Positions 30,508-40,242 of a stretch of 64,000 bases of DNA are shown here, one piece after another (position 1 is the first letter of the stretch; each line of letters begins with the position of its first letter). The stretch is taken from assembly GCA_965205615.1 (NCBI GenBank), contig CBDBHK010000035.1, positions 162,620 to 226,619 on the forward strand, in the 5' to 3' direction. The position numbers were made by a program, and so were the translations under genes. The notes under the pieces are model-generated. The model was not told where the DNA came from and made no database searches. It saw nothing but the letters and a program-made list of their open reading frames with translations. This DNA is from Acidobacteriota bacterium (GTDB lineage Bacteria; Acidobacteriota; UBA6911; RPQK01; CBDAPI01).

Positions 30508-31848
30508 ATGCGCGGTCTGCAGTCCGACTTGACAAAGATTTACGAAGCGGCCCTGAGAGCTGCGGATCCCTATGCTTCGGTGTTGGCCAGGGTGCGGCGC
30601 CGGGGAAACTCAGTCGACGCCGGCGGACAGAGCTATTCGCTGGGGAGCTACCGGGCGGTCCACGTCGTGGGAGCCGGAAAGGCCAGCGCCGAAATGGCCC
30701 GAGCCGTCGAAGAGTTGGTGGGCGACCGCCTTCAGAAAGGCCTGCTGGTGGTTCGGGATCTGCCACCCCGGGATGTGCCATCGATGAGGATCCTGCAGGC
30801 CAGCCATCCTGAGCCTGACGAGCGGGGACTCATGGCCTCCCGGACTCTGATTCATTATCTGGAGTCGGAGGTGTCGGAAGACGACCTTCTCATCGTCCTC
30901 TTCTCGGGCGGCGCCTCGGCTCTGCTGCCAAGTCCTGTGCAGGGCATCTCGCTCGACGACAAGAAAGTAACGACGCAAGTCCTTCTCTCCTGCGGTGCTA
31001 CGATTCACGAAATCAACACAATTCGGAAGCACTTGAGCCGTCTCAAGGGCGGGCGTCTGCTCAACCATGCGCGAGGCGCCACCGTCCTGGCGCTGATCGT
31101 TTCCGATGTGGTCGGGGATGATCCTTCCACGATTGCCTCCGGCCCCACGTCTCCCGATCCTTCCACGTTTCGCGAATGCCTGGATGTGCTGGACCGCTAT
31201 CGGATCAACACCCGGATTCCGGAAACCGTGCTCTCCTATCTCCAGGAATCAGCCCGGTCACCCCATGGACTGGAGACTCTGAAGGAGGGAGACCCGCTCT
31301 TGCAGCGAACTCAAAACTGCCTCGTCTCCACCAATCGAGCCAGCCTCGAAGCCGCTGCACAAGAGGCTCGCTCGCGCGGTTATCAGCCCCTGATTCTCTC
31401 CGCCTCAATGCAGGGAAGCGCGGCCGACCTGGCGCGCTTCTACGTATCCATGGTCAGCGAAGTCCTTGCGACCGGGCACCCCCTCCCCGCCCCTTGCTGT
31501 CTGCTTTCCGGGGGCGAAACGACTGTCAAAGTCGAGGGCGGTGGAAAAGGGGGGCGCAATCAGGAGTTCGCCCTCTGGTGTTTCCATGAGACGCGGACCT
31601 GGCAGAGTTCATCAGAGATCTTCGCCGCCCTTGGGTCGGACGGATCCGATGGTCCGACGGAGGCGGCCGGAGCCGTCGTGTCGGCAGCCACGCGGGCTCG
31701 GGCCGCAAAGCTGGGGCTGGATTCCAGGGACTACCTGCAACGAAACGACTCCTACCACTTCTTCCAGCAGCTCGACGACCTGATTCTCACTGGACCCACA
31801 GGGACGAACGTCATGGATTTCCACTTTGCCCTGGTGGGCGCCGAGTGA
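30508..31848 (+). CDS. Glycerate 2-kinase (MOFRL/GckA family)
   Basis: GAGKAS, HPEPD, SGGASAL, RKHLSRLKGG, SGGETTV, GGRNQE and TGTNVMD motifs. Confidence 0.92.
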   Translation: MRGLQSDLTKIYEAALRAADPYASVLARVRRRGNSVDAGGQSYSLGSYRAVHVVGAGKASAEMARAVEELVGDRLQKGLLVVRDLPPRDVPSMRILQASHPEPDERGLMASRTLIHYLESEVSEDDLLIVLFSGGASALLPSPVQGISLDDKKVTTQVLLSCGATIHEINTIRKHLSRLKGGRLLNHARGATVLALIVSDVVGDDPSTIASGPTSPDPSTFRECLDVLDRYRINTRIPETVLSYLQESARSPHGLETLKEGDPLLQRTQNCLVSTNRASLEAAAQEARSRGYQPLILSASMQGSAADLARFYVSMVSEVLATGHPLPAPCCLLSGGETTVKVEGGGKGGRNQEFALWCFHETRTWQSSSEIFAALGSDGSDGPTEAAGAVVSAATRARAAKLGLDSRDYLQRNDSYHFFQQLDDLILTGPTGTNVMDFHFALVGAE

Positions 31849-31867
31849 TCAGTTCTGCGGTTCTCTT

Positions 31868-31907
31868 AAAATGGGGAGGTCCCTCCAAAAATGGGGAGGT
31901 CCCTCCA
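31868..31907. repeat. Perfect 20-bp tandem duplication
   Basis: AAAATGGGGAGGTCCCTCCA x2. Confidence 0.85.
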
Positions 31908-31991
31908 ACTCTCCAGAAAGTCGCTACGCCCGGGCGCGTGTCTCCTAGCCAGATTCCCTTTACCTTCAGCCGGGTACTGGGGACTCGGCAA

Positions 31992-32073
31992 GACCAAAGC
32001 GGGAGCAAACTCGGGGGCTGCGGCCGGAGGGATTTAAACGGCCGCCTCCCCCGAGTCTCCTCCCGCTTTGGTC
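31992..32073. repeat. Long hairpin whose apical loop is the reverse complement of the 30325 hairpin loop; possible bidirectional terminator
   Basis: GACCAAAGCGGGAG..ACTCGGGGG..GCGGCCG-GAGGGATTTAAA-CGGCCGC..CCCCCGAGT..CTCCCGCTTTGGTC, located between convergent genes. Confidence 0.7.
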
Positions 32074-32106
32074 CGATGTTGCCGATCCTCTGTTGTCGCC
32101 CGGCTG

Positions 32107-33036
32107 CTAGGTTCCCTCTGCTCTCGGGCTTGACTCGGCCTGTCCGCTGACCAGTTCCAGAAAGGCCTGACCGGCCCGACTCAGAGACCGCCGCTGGGGA
32201 TAGACAAGCCGAATGGGTCGCTCGACATCGATCTCCTTGACGCTGACCTCGCACAAGGTACCGTGGCGAATCTCCTGGCCGACACACATGCGCGGCAGAA
32301 AGGCCACGCCCTCGTTGGCCTGGACGAGTTTTCGGATGGTCTCGATGGTGGGCATTTCCACATCCATCCGCAGAGGCACCCGATGCTCATGGAACCGGCT
32401 GATGACAATCTGGCGATAAGGTGATACGACGTTATGGGCGATGAAAATCTCTTCCCCGAGATTCTTGATGGAGACGGAATCCTGGGACGCGAGCCTGTGC
32501 TTGGGTGAAACTACGAACGCCAGGTGATCGGTGTAGATCACGCTGGTGTCCAAACTCTCCTCAGACGGCTTGTAGCTGACGACACCAAGTTCCAGATTGC
32601 CCTGCAGGATTTCGCTGGGAATGTGGCTGGACCGTGAACGTCGGACACGGATCCTGATCTTTGGATAAAGCCAGCGGTACCTTCGGAGATGACGCAACAG
32701 ATAAAGCGCAGAAGATTCATTGGCCCCAATGATCAGGCGGCCCGCAGACAGATTGCCCAGCTCATCCAGCTCATCAACGAGCTTTCGCTTCTGTGTGTCA
32801 AAACCCCTGGCATATTCCATGGCGACCTGGCCCGCATCGGTCAGCAGCACTTTCCGGCTGGTTCGATCGATCAGAGTGTAGCCGATCTGCTCTTCCAGCC
32901 TGCGGACCGCGAGAGAAACCGCCGGCTGGGTTCTCAACAGCTTCCTGGAAGCCCTTGAAAAGCCGCCTTCCTCCACCACGGTTCGGAAAACTGACAGGGC
33001 TGAAATGTCAAGATCTGTGGGTTTGAGTTCGCTCAT
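32107..33036 (-). CDS. LysR-family transcriptional regulator
   Basis: FSRASRKLLRTQPAVSLAVRRLE HTH and LTDAG; divergent from ilvB. Confidence 0.93.
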   Translation of the reverse strand: MSELKPTDLDISALSVFRTVVEEGGFSRASRKLLRTQPAVSLAVRRLEEQIGYTLIDRTSRKVLLTDAGQVAMEYARGFDTQKRKLVDELDELGNLSAGRLIIGANESSALYLLRHLRRYRWLYPKIRIRVRRSRSSHIPSEILQGNLELGVVSYKPSEESLDTSVIYTDHLAFVVSPKHRLASQDSVSIKNLGEEIFIAHNVVSPYRQIVISRFHEHRVPLRMDVEMPTIETIRKLVQANEGVAFLPRMCVGQEIRHGTLCEVSVKEIDVERPIRLVYPQRRSLSRAGQAFLELVSGQAESSPRAEGT

Positions 33037-33044
33037 CGGGCCAG

Positions 33045-33095
33045 TATATAATAAGTTTTTATTATAGTTAAGTAGCTAATTATAAATTTGATTAG
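33045..33095. promoter_or_regulatory. AT-rich LysR-type operator region
   Basis: ATAAGTTTTTATTAT (a T-N11-A dyad) plus a second ATAAATTTGATTAG box, in an AT-rich island between lysR and ilvB. Confidence 0.6.
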
Positions 33096-33147
33096 CCAAC
33101 GGACTTGCTCCATACTGAGGTCCGGTTTTTTCTGAACGGAAGTTGCA

Positions 33148-34866
33148 ATGAGTCATACGGGTGCGCATGTCATCTGGGAAGCTGTGCTCAAAGAGGGGGT
33201 CGACCTCGTCTTTGGTTATCCGGGCGGAGCCATTCTGCCTGCTTACGATACGATTCTGGATTACCCGATCCGCCATGTGCTGGTCCGCCATGAGCAGGGT
33301 GCGGCTCATATGGCCGACGGGTATGCCCGTGCCTCGGGCAAAGTCGGTGTTGCCGTGGCGACCTCGGGACCCGGAGCGACGAATCTTGTGACCGGTATTG
33401 CCACGGCCATGCTGGACTCGTCCCCTATTGTCTGCATTACGGGACAGGTTCCCTCGGCCTTAATCGGGCGGGACGCGTTTCAGGAAGTGGATGTCACCGG
33501 CATCACTTTGCCGATTACGAAGCACAACTACCTGGTCAACGAAGCCGATGAAATCGGCCCGGTGCTGAAAGAAGCGTTTCACATCGCCCGCTCCGGCAGG
33601 CCGGGCCCCGTTCTGGTGGACATTACCAAAGATGCCCAGCAGGCCGAGACGGATTGGGAATGGGACGGGACGGCAGTGGAACTGCCGGGGTATCGGCCCC
33701 GCCACGAGACGCCGCCCGAAGAGTTCGAAACGGCTCTCGAGCTGATCAACGGATCCAAGCGGCCGGTCATACTGGCGGGTCAGGGAGTCATCAAGTCGGG
33801 CGCCACTGAGCTGCTGCTGCAGTTCGTCGAGAAGACCAGCATCCCGGTAACTCCGACCTTGCTGGGGCTGGGCGGTTTCCCGGCCTCCCATGCGCTCAAC
33901 ATGGGAATGATGGGGATGCACGGTGAGGCCTGGGTCAATACCGCCATTCAGGAGTCCGACCTGCTGCTCGCCTTTGGAATGAGATTCGACGATCGCGTGA
34001 CGGGTAACGTCCAGACCTATGCGCCTAATGCCCGCAAGATCCATGTGGATATCGACCCTGCCGAGATCAACAAGAACGTGCGCGTCGATGTGGGAATCGT
34101 CGGTGACCTTCGGGAGACTCTCGAGTCTTTCCTGAGCCTGGTCAAGGACGGTCACAGGGCGGCCTGGGTCGACCACATTCAGGAGCTCAAGGGCGATGCC
34201 GCAGTGCGGGACATCCAGTTTCTACCGGACAGTGGCAAACTCTGGGCGGCTCATGTGATCAACGATCTCTGGCACCTGACCAAGGGCGAAGCACTCATCG
34301 TTACGGACGTTGGGCAGCATCAGATGTGGGAAGCGCAGTACTACAAGCACGAAAGGCCCGGTACGCTGATCACTTCAGGCGGCCTGGGAACGATGGGCTT
34401 TGCGCTGCCGGCAGCGATCGGGGCGAAATTGGCCTGTCCCGAAAAGGAAGTCTGGGTCATCGCCGGTGATGGCGGCTTTCAGATGACGGCCGCCGAGCTT
34501 TCGACCATCGCCCAGGAGGAGATCAAGGTGAACGTTGCGGTCATCAACAACGGGTACCTGGGCATGGTCCGCCAGTGGCAGGAGTTTTTTTACGAACGAC
34601 GCTACGCCGCCACTCCGCTGCTCAGTCCGGACTTCGTCAAGCTGGCCGAAGCGCACGGACTGAAGGGCATAAGGGTCGAAAAGCGCAGCCAGGTCAAAGA
34701 GGCTGTTCGCGAGGCGGAATCTCAGGACGGCACGGTGGTTATCGACTTTCGCGTGGAGCAGGAAGACAGCGTCTACCCGATGGTCCCGGCCGGCGCTGAC
34801 CTGGACGCCATGATCCGGCGTCCACGGGAAACGGTTCTGGCCGACAGAGGAGACTCGGAGTGGTAG
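33148..34866 (+). CDS. ilvB: Acetolactate synthase large subunit
   Basis: FGYPGGA, RHEQGA, TSGPGATN, RFDDRVTG, DVGQHQMW and GDGGFQM motifs. Confidence 0.96.
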   Translation: MSHTGAHVIWEAVLKEGVDLVFGYPGGAILPAYDTILDYPIRHVLVRHEQGAAHMADGYARASGKVGVAVATSGPGATNLVTGIATAMLDSSPIVCITGQVPSALIGRDAFQEVDVTGITLPITKHNYLVNEADEIGPVLKEAFHIARSGRPGPVLVDITKDAQQAETDWEWDGTAVELPGYRPRHETPPEEFETALELINGSKRPVILAGQGVIKSGATELLLQFVEKTSIPVTPTLLGLGGFPASHALNMGMMGMHGEAWVNTAIQESDLLLAFGMRFDDRVTGNVQTYAPNARKIHVDIDPAEINKNVRVDVGIVGDLRETLESFLSLVKDGHRAAWVDHIQELKGDAAVRDIQFLPDSGKLWAAHVINDLWHLTKGEALIVTDVGQHQMWEAQYYKHERPGTLITSGGLGTMGFALPAAIGAKLACPEKEVWVIAGDGGFQMTAAELSTIAQEEIKVNVAVINNGYLGMVRQWQEFFYERRYAATPLLSPDFVKLAEAHGLKGIRVEKRSQVKEAVREAESQDGTVVIDFRVEQEDSVYPMVPAGADLDAMIRRPRETVLADRGDSEW

Positions 34867-35444
34867 AAGAAGACACGGCAGCGCCGCCCCAGATACCGCA
34901 GCAAACCCTGGTTGCCTATGTGGAGGACAAGCCCGGCGTATTGAACCGGGTTGCCTCCCTCTTCAGGAGGCGAGACTTCAACATTGAGTCGCTGAATGTC
35001 GGAAAGACGAGTCAGCCCGGCGTCTCACGTCTTACGATTGTGATGCGTGGTGGCAAAGCCACGGCCCGACGCTTCGAGGCGAATCTGTACAAGCTTGTCA
35101 ACGTCCTGCGCGTTGTCAATCTGACCGGGAAATCCACCGTGGAACGGGAACTCGCTCTGATCAAGGTCTCCTCCAACTCGGATGTTCGAAAAGAGCTGCT
35201 TCAGATAGCAGAAGTCTTTCGGGCCCGAATCGTCGACATGGGGACGGAAGCACTGGTCTTTGAGATCACGGGAACTCCCAGTAAAATCAACGGGTTGATT
35301 GAAGTTCTCGATCAGTTTGGCATCGTGGAAGTCGGTCGCACCGGCGGCCTGGCAATGACCAGGGGAGCTGAACCTCCTCCGCTTGACCCTCAGTTCGTCC
35401 CGGCCCATGTGCCGAAAGCCAAACGCGAGCAGAACCTGTACTAA
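34860..35444 (+). CDS. ilvN: Acetolactate synthase small subunit
   Basis: [27 protein letters not shown] domain and ERELALIKV. Confidence 0.94.
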   Translation: MVEEDTAAPPQIPQQTLVAYVEDKPGVLNRVASLFRRRDFNIESLNVGKTSQPGVSRLTIVMRGGKATARRFEANLYKLVNVLRVVNLTGKSTVERELALIKVSSNSDVRKELLQIAEVFRARIVDMGTEALVFEITGTPSKINGLIEVLDQFGIVEVGRTGGLAMTRGAEPPPLDPQFVPAHVPKAKREQNLY

Positions 35445-35470
35445 AACGGACATCAAGGAGACGACTGAAA

Positions 35471-36499
35471 ATGGCGCGAACTTTTTATGACGCGGATGCG
35501 GACCTGAGCCTGATTCGAGCCTGCAAAGTAGCGATTGTTGGCTATGGGTCTCAAGGGCATGCCCATGCTCTGAACCTGAACGACAGTGGAGTGGAGGTTC
35601 GGGTTGGACTCAGGCCCGACAGCAGCACCCGGGAGCAGGTAGCGGCCGCTGGCCTCCAGGTCCAGTCGGTGGCCGAGGTCTCCCAGTGGGGTGACGTGAT
35701 CATGCTCCTCGCCCCCGACACCATTCAGCCTGCCATCTACCGCGAGCAGGTGGCTCCGCACCTGAATCGCGGAAAGACCCTGATGTTCAGTCACGGATTC
35801 AACATCCGCTACGGAACTATTGAGCCGGTGGCTGACGTTGACGTGACGATGGTCGCTCCCAAGAGTCCCGGCCACCGCGTGCGTGAGACGTACCTTTCGG
35901 GTGAAGGCACCCCGGCCCTGCTCGCCGTCCACCAGGATGCCAGCGGCGGGGCGCGGGACCTGGCCCTTGCTTACGCCAGCGCGCTGGGCTGCGCACGAGC
36001 CGGCGTCATCGAGACCACCTTTGAAGAAGAAACCGAAACCGATCTCTTCGGCGAACAGGCGGTTCTGTGTGGCGGGGTCAGCGAGCTGGTCAAAGCCGCT
36101 TTCGAGACCCTGGTCGAAGCTGGGTATCAGCCCGAAATCGCGTATTTCGAGTGCCTCCATGAGCTGAAGCTGATCGTTGATCTGATGTACCGCGGAGGCC
36201 TGAGCTACATGCGCTATTCCGTGAGCGAAACGGCCGAGTACGGGGACTACGAGAGTGGTCCGCGGGTGATCGACGATCACGTTCGAGAAACCATGAGCCA
36301 ACTCCTCGTAGAAGTTCAGGACGGATCTTTCGCCAGGAGATGGATCCGGGAGAATGAGGAAGGACAGCCTCGCTTCCGGCTGCAGAGACAGAAGGATCGT
36401 AGTCTCCTCATAGAGAAAGTCGGGCGGGATCTCCGAAGCCGCATGAGCTTCCTGGATCCGGTCGAGATCCTTCCGGAAAAAGAACCTGTTTCTGAGTAG
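35471..36499 (+). CDS. ilvC: Ketol-acid reductoisomerase
   Basis: [17 protein letters not shown] and [16 protein letters not shown] motifs. Confidence 0.97.
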   Translation: MARTFYDADADLSLIRACKVAIVGYGSQGHAHALNLNDSGVEVRVGLRPDSSTREQVAAAGLQVQSVAEVSQWGDVIMLLAPDTIQPAIYREQVAPHLNRGKTLMFSHGFNIRYGTIEPVADVDVTMVAPKSPGHRVRETYLSGEGTPALLAVHQDASGGARDLALAYASALGCARAGVIETTFEEETETDLFGEQAVLCGGVSELVKAAFETLVEAGYQPEIAYFECLHELKLIVDLMYRGGLSYMRYSVSETAEYGDYESGPRVIDDHVRETMSQLLVEVQDGSFARRWIRENEEGQPRFRLQRQKDRSLLIEKVGRDLRSRMSFLDPVEILPEKEPVSE

Positions 36500-36618
36500 T
36501 AAGCGGGTCGCTGCGCAGCCACGATCCACGTCAGACTCTGGCTGCTGCCGTCGGTCTTCGTTCTTCCGCTCTTCGTCTCCCTGAACACTTCTTCCAGGTG
36601 GACGGCCACCGGATTACC

Positions 36619-36653
36619 TCAACCGTCAACTGTCAACTGTCGACCGTCAACGG
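36619..36653. repeat. Heptamer tandem repeat (TCAACYG x5)
   Basis: tcaaccg tcaactg tcaactg tcgaccg tcaacgg. Confidence 0.75.
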
Positions 36654-36671
36654 TATACTCTGGTGCGCGAG

Positions 36672-37676
36672 ATGAACACAGACGCCGGCGAACCCATCGC
36701 CAGAGCGGCGCCCAGGCTGCACATTGCCCCGGCGACCGTGGACCTTTCGATCCTGATTCCGGTTTTCAATGAGGAAGAGAGCCTGGGTCTCCTTTACGAG
36801 AAACTGGACCGGGTGCTGAACTCGCTGGATGAATCGAGTGAGATCCTCATGGTGGACGACGGCAGCACGGATCGAAGTCTCGAGATACTCAGGCAACTGA
36901 AAGAGTCCGACCAGCGGGTGCGGGTTGTCGAGTTCGTTCGCAACTTTGGTCAGACAGCCGCCATGGCGGCGGGGTTCGAACGAGCCCGCGGCAGAATCCT
37001 GATACCGCTGGACGCCGACCTGCAAAACGACCCGGCCGACATTCCCAAGGTTCTGAGTAAGCTGGAAGAGGGCTACGATGTGGTGAGCTGCTGGCGGAAC
37101 CCCCGCCAGGACTCTTTCCTGCGGACTATCCTCTCCCGGGTGGCCAATTGGATCATCAGCTGCTCCACAGGCTGGAAGCTGCATGATTACGGCTGCACCC
37201 TGAAGGGCTACCGACGTGACGTCACTGAGCATTTTCGTCTTTACGGTGAAATGCACCGCTTCATCCCGGTCTACGCTGCCTGGGCTGGGGCCAGGGTCAC
37301 CGAGCTTTCAGTGTCCCACCGGCCACGGGCTCACGGGAAATCGAAATACGGTCTGGTCCGGACACTCAAGGTGCCGCTCGACCTGCTGACCGTTCTGTTT
37401 CTGGCCAGATACTCCACGAAGCCCATGCATCTGTTTGGGGGCATGGGCATGCTATCGTTTCTTTTCGGGCTGGCGCTGTCGGGGATAACGCTCTATCAGA
37501 AGTTTTTCGAAGGGGTCAAAGCTCATCGCAATCCGCTCCTGCTGCTGGCGGTTTTTCTGTTCCTGGTGGGAGTTCAGCTCATCCTCTCCGGCCTGATGTG
37601 CGAGCTCATGGCCCGTACCCACCACGAGTCCCAGGGCAAGGCAACCTACATCCTCAGAAGAAAGACCCGCCGATAG
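36672..37676 (+). CDS. GT2 polyprenol-phosphate glycosyltransferase (ArnC/DPM1-like)
   Basis: PVFNEE, DDGSTD, RNFGQTAA, DADLQNDP and HRFIP motifs; two C-terminal TM helices. Confidence 0.92.
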   Translation: MNTDAGEPIARAAPRLHIAPATVDLSILIPVFNEEESLGLLYEKLDRVLNSLDESSEILMVDDGSTDRSLEILRQLKESDQRVRVVEFVRNFGQTAAMAAGFERARGRILIPLDADLQNDPADIPKVLSKLEEGYDVVSCWRNPRQDSFLRTILSRVANWIISCSTGWKLHDYGCTLKGYRRDVTEHFRLYGEMHRFIPVYAAWAGARVTELSVSHRPRAHGKSKYGLVRTLKVPLDLLTVLFLARYSTKPMHLFGGMGMLSFLFGLALSGITLYQKFFEGVKAHRNPLLLLAVFLFLVGVQLILSGLMCELMARTHHESQGKATYILRRKTRR

Positions 37677-37695
37677 ACGCCGGCCTGGAGACGAT

Positions 37696-39153
37696 ATGAA
37701 TTGGTTGACCGAGACTCTGCTCACTCTGACCGGGAGTGTCTCCGACTGGATCTGGGGAGCTCCCATGGTGATTCTCCTGTTCGGGACCGGTCTGCTCCTG
37801 ACGATTACCACGGGGTTCGTCCAGCTGCGGAACTTTCGAAAGGCGTCCCGGCTGGTGCTCTCCGAAGCCATCGGAAAAGGTGCTAAGGGGCAGGGTGAAG
37901 GGGATATCAGTCCCTTTCAGGCCCTGATGACCGCTCTCTCAGCCACGGTGGGTAACGGCAACATCGCCGGCGTCGCCACGGCGATCGCCGCCGGGGGACC
38001 GGGAGCCGCTTTCTGGATGGGGCTCACTGCCGTCGTCGGTATGGCAACCAAGTATGCCGAAGCGGTGCTGGCGATCCAATTCCGGGTCAAGATGGAAGAC
38101 GGAACCATGGCCGGCGGTCCCATGTACTACTGCAAGTACGGAATCGGGGGGCGGCTGGGTGCTTTTCTGGGTGTGTTCTTCGCCGTCTGTGGGGGAATTG
38201 CGACACTGTTCGGGACCGGGAACATGTTCCAGTCGCAGCAGATTGCTCTGGCCGCGGAGCAGCAGTGGGGGATCGAGCCGTGGATCATGGGGGTCTTGAT
38301 CAGCTTCCTGGTAGGACTCGTGATTCTGGGAGGGATCAGCAGGATCGGCGCTGTTGCGGAACGACTGGTGCCGGGCATGATTATCTTTTACTTTGCCGGC
38401 GCTCTGCTCGTGATTCTGACCAATGTGACACAGGTACCGGCTGCCATCGCGATGATTTTCCAGTCGGCGTTCAGCCCTCAGGCTGTATTCGGCGGTGCCG
38501 TAGGGATCTCGATTCAACAGGCCATTCGCTTCGGCGTGGCCCACGGTATCCTCTCCAAGGAATCCGGGATGGGGAGCGCCGCAATAGCTCACGGCGCGGC
38601 CAGAACCAGGTTCCCCGTCGCCCAGGGCAGCATTGCGATGATGGGCACTTTTATCGACACGATCGTTGTCTGTTCCCTGACCGCCATCACGATTACCGTT
38701 TCAGGTGCTTATAAACAGGCCATCTTTCTGGCCGGCGAACAGGGGCTGGGCGACTCCAATCTGACCGTCGAGGCCTTCAACCGGGGAATGCCTTCCGTCA
38801 TCTCCGGCTGGGGAGGAAATGTGGTCGTGTTCGCGTCTCTCATATTCGGTTTTACCACCCTGATCGGGTGGAGCTATTACGGGCAAATCTGCGCCGAATA
38901 TCTATTCGGGCTCAAGGTCGTGAAGCCGTACCGGGTTCTCTTCGTCATACTGCTCTTTGCCGGCACTCTTTTCACGGGACCCAGCGCACCCATCGTCAAG
39001 AACATCGGGGACATCTGCAACGCCGCGATGGCGTTCCCCAACCTGATTGCATTGATCTTCCTCAGTGGCGTGGTGGCCAGGGTTACGCGCCGGGCCTACA
39101 CGGCCGGCGACCTGAAAGCGGTTGAAGTCGAACCAATGGAGATGAAACACTAG
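37696..39153 (+). CDS. Alanine/glycine:cation symporter (AGCS)
   Basis: ATVGNGNIAGVA, GGPGA.FWM, GGPMYY, FIDTIVVC and MAFPNLI motifs. Confidence 0.93.
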   Translation: MNWLTETLLTLTGSVSDWIWGAPMVILLFGTGLLLTITTGFVQLRNFRKASRLVLSEAIGKGAKGQGEGDISPFQALMTALSATVGNGNIAGVATAIAAGGPGAAFWMGLTAVVGMATKYAEAVLAIQFRVKMEDGTMAGGPMYYCKYGIGGRLGAFLGVFFAVCGGIATLFGTGNMFQSQQIALAAEQQWGIEPWIMGVLISFLVGLVILGGISRIGAVAERLVPGMIIFYFAGALLVILTNVTQVPAAIAMIFQSAFSPQAVFGGAVGISIQQAIRFGVAHGILSKESGMGSAAIAHGAARTRFPVAQGSIAMMGTFIDTIVVCSLTAITITVSGAYKQAIFLAGEQGLGDSNLTVEAFNRGMPSVISGWGGNVVVFASLIFGFTTLIGWSYYGQICAEYLFGLKVVKPYRVLFVILLFAGTLFTGPSAPIVKNIGDICNAAMAFPNLIALIFLSGVVARVTRRAYTAGDLKAVEVEPMEMKH

Positions 39154-39188
39154 CAGCCCCTGGAGTTTGATGGTTGCGACTGATTCCG

Positions 39189-39279
39189 ACGCGCTTGTTG
39201 CACGCGCGCTACTGACCGCGAGCGGTATTGGTGAATCCCCGCTCTGCCAGTTGCAGTAGCGCGCACCTAGTCAGCGCGT
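39189..39279. repeat. Pair of inverted GTAG REP-like units
   Basis: Reverse unit at 39189-39212 and forward unit GTAGCGCGCACCTAGTCAGCGCGT at 39256-39279. Confidence 0.7.
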
Positions 39280-39369
39280 GGATCACGGCAGGGCGCGTGC
39301 ATTTCAGCGCGTCCCCGCGGCCCAGCCTGTGTTTTAGGGTCAGGCACCGAGGGAGGTTCGAAGCTAAAG

Positions 39370-40242
39370 ATGCCCGGTAACGAGACCGACCTCTACGAGG
39401 AAATTGTTCGTCTCCGGCAGCTGGGAGAGCCGGCCGCCCTGGCGACCATCGTCCGCCATTCGGGAAGTACCCCACGCAAAGACGCTGCCAAGATGCTCAT
39501 TCGGCAAGATGGAACTTCAGTGGGGTCCGTGGGTGGAGGGTGTGTTGAGGCTCAGGTCTGGCAGACGGCGGAGGAGGTTATCCGAACAGGCCGCACCCGG
39601 ATGCTCGACTACCAGATGACAGATGAAGATGTGGACGAGGACGGCCTGGTGTGTGGCGGCAGAGTCGAAATCTTCGTCGAGCCGATCGCGACCGGAACTC
39701 AGCTCGTCATTCTGGGGGCGGGCCACGTCGGCCAGGCGATCTGCCGGCTGGCCGCCCGCGTCGATTTCCGTGTCACGGTCATCGACGACCGGGAAGACTT
39801 CGTGACCGAGGATCGATTCCCGGAGGCGGAGCAGCGCCACGCCCGTCCCTTAGAGGACAGCCTGGAGGACCTCGGGCTGAGGCCGGACAGCTTCATTCTC
39901 GTGGTTACCCGTGGACACAGCCACGATCAGCAGGCACTGGAAGCTGCCCTGGCGCAGCAAGTCTTGTACACCGGGCTGATCGGAAGCAGGCGCAAGATCA
40001 AACTGCTGGTGGATAACCTGCTGGAAAAGGGCTATCCACCCGAGCATTTTGATCATTTATACGCTCCCATCGGCGTCGACATCGGCTCCGAGACTCCCGA
40101 AGAAATCGCAGTCAGCGTGGCCGCCGAGCTCATCGGCATCCGCAAAGGGCAACATCAACTCAGCTCCAAGCAGCGGTTCATTCGCGACTACCTTGCCCGG
40201 GTCAAGGCCGCTTCGCGGAAGACTCCTCGTCAAGCTTCCTGA
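39370..40242 (+). CDS. xdhC: XdhC/CoxI-family molybdoenzyme accessory protein
   Basis: GSTPRK, GSVGGGCVE, CGG, GAGHV, TRGH..D and PIG..IGSETPEEIA motifs. Confidence 0.9.
   Translation: MPGNETDLYEEIVRLRQLGEPAALATIVRHSGSTPRKDAAKMLIRQDGTSVGSVGGGCVEAQVWQTAEEVIRTGRTRMLDYQMTDEDVDEDGLVCGGRVEIFVEPIATGTQLVILGAGHVGQAICRLAARVDFRVTVIDDREDFVTEDRFPEAEQRHARPLEDSLEDLGLRPDSFILVVTRGHSHDQQALEAALAQQVLYTGLIGSRRKIKLLVDNLLEKGYPPEHFDHLYAPIGVDIGSETPEEIAVSVAAELIGIRKGQHQLSSKQRFIRDYLARVKAASRKTPRQAS

Noticed and set aside
31868-31907. 20-bp direct repeat as a possible CRISPR remnant
   Set aside because: Only two adjacent units, no spacers, and no cas genes in the window.
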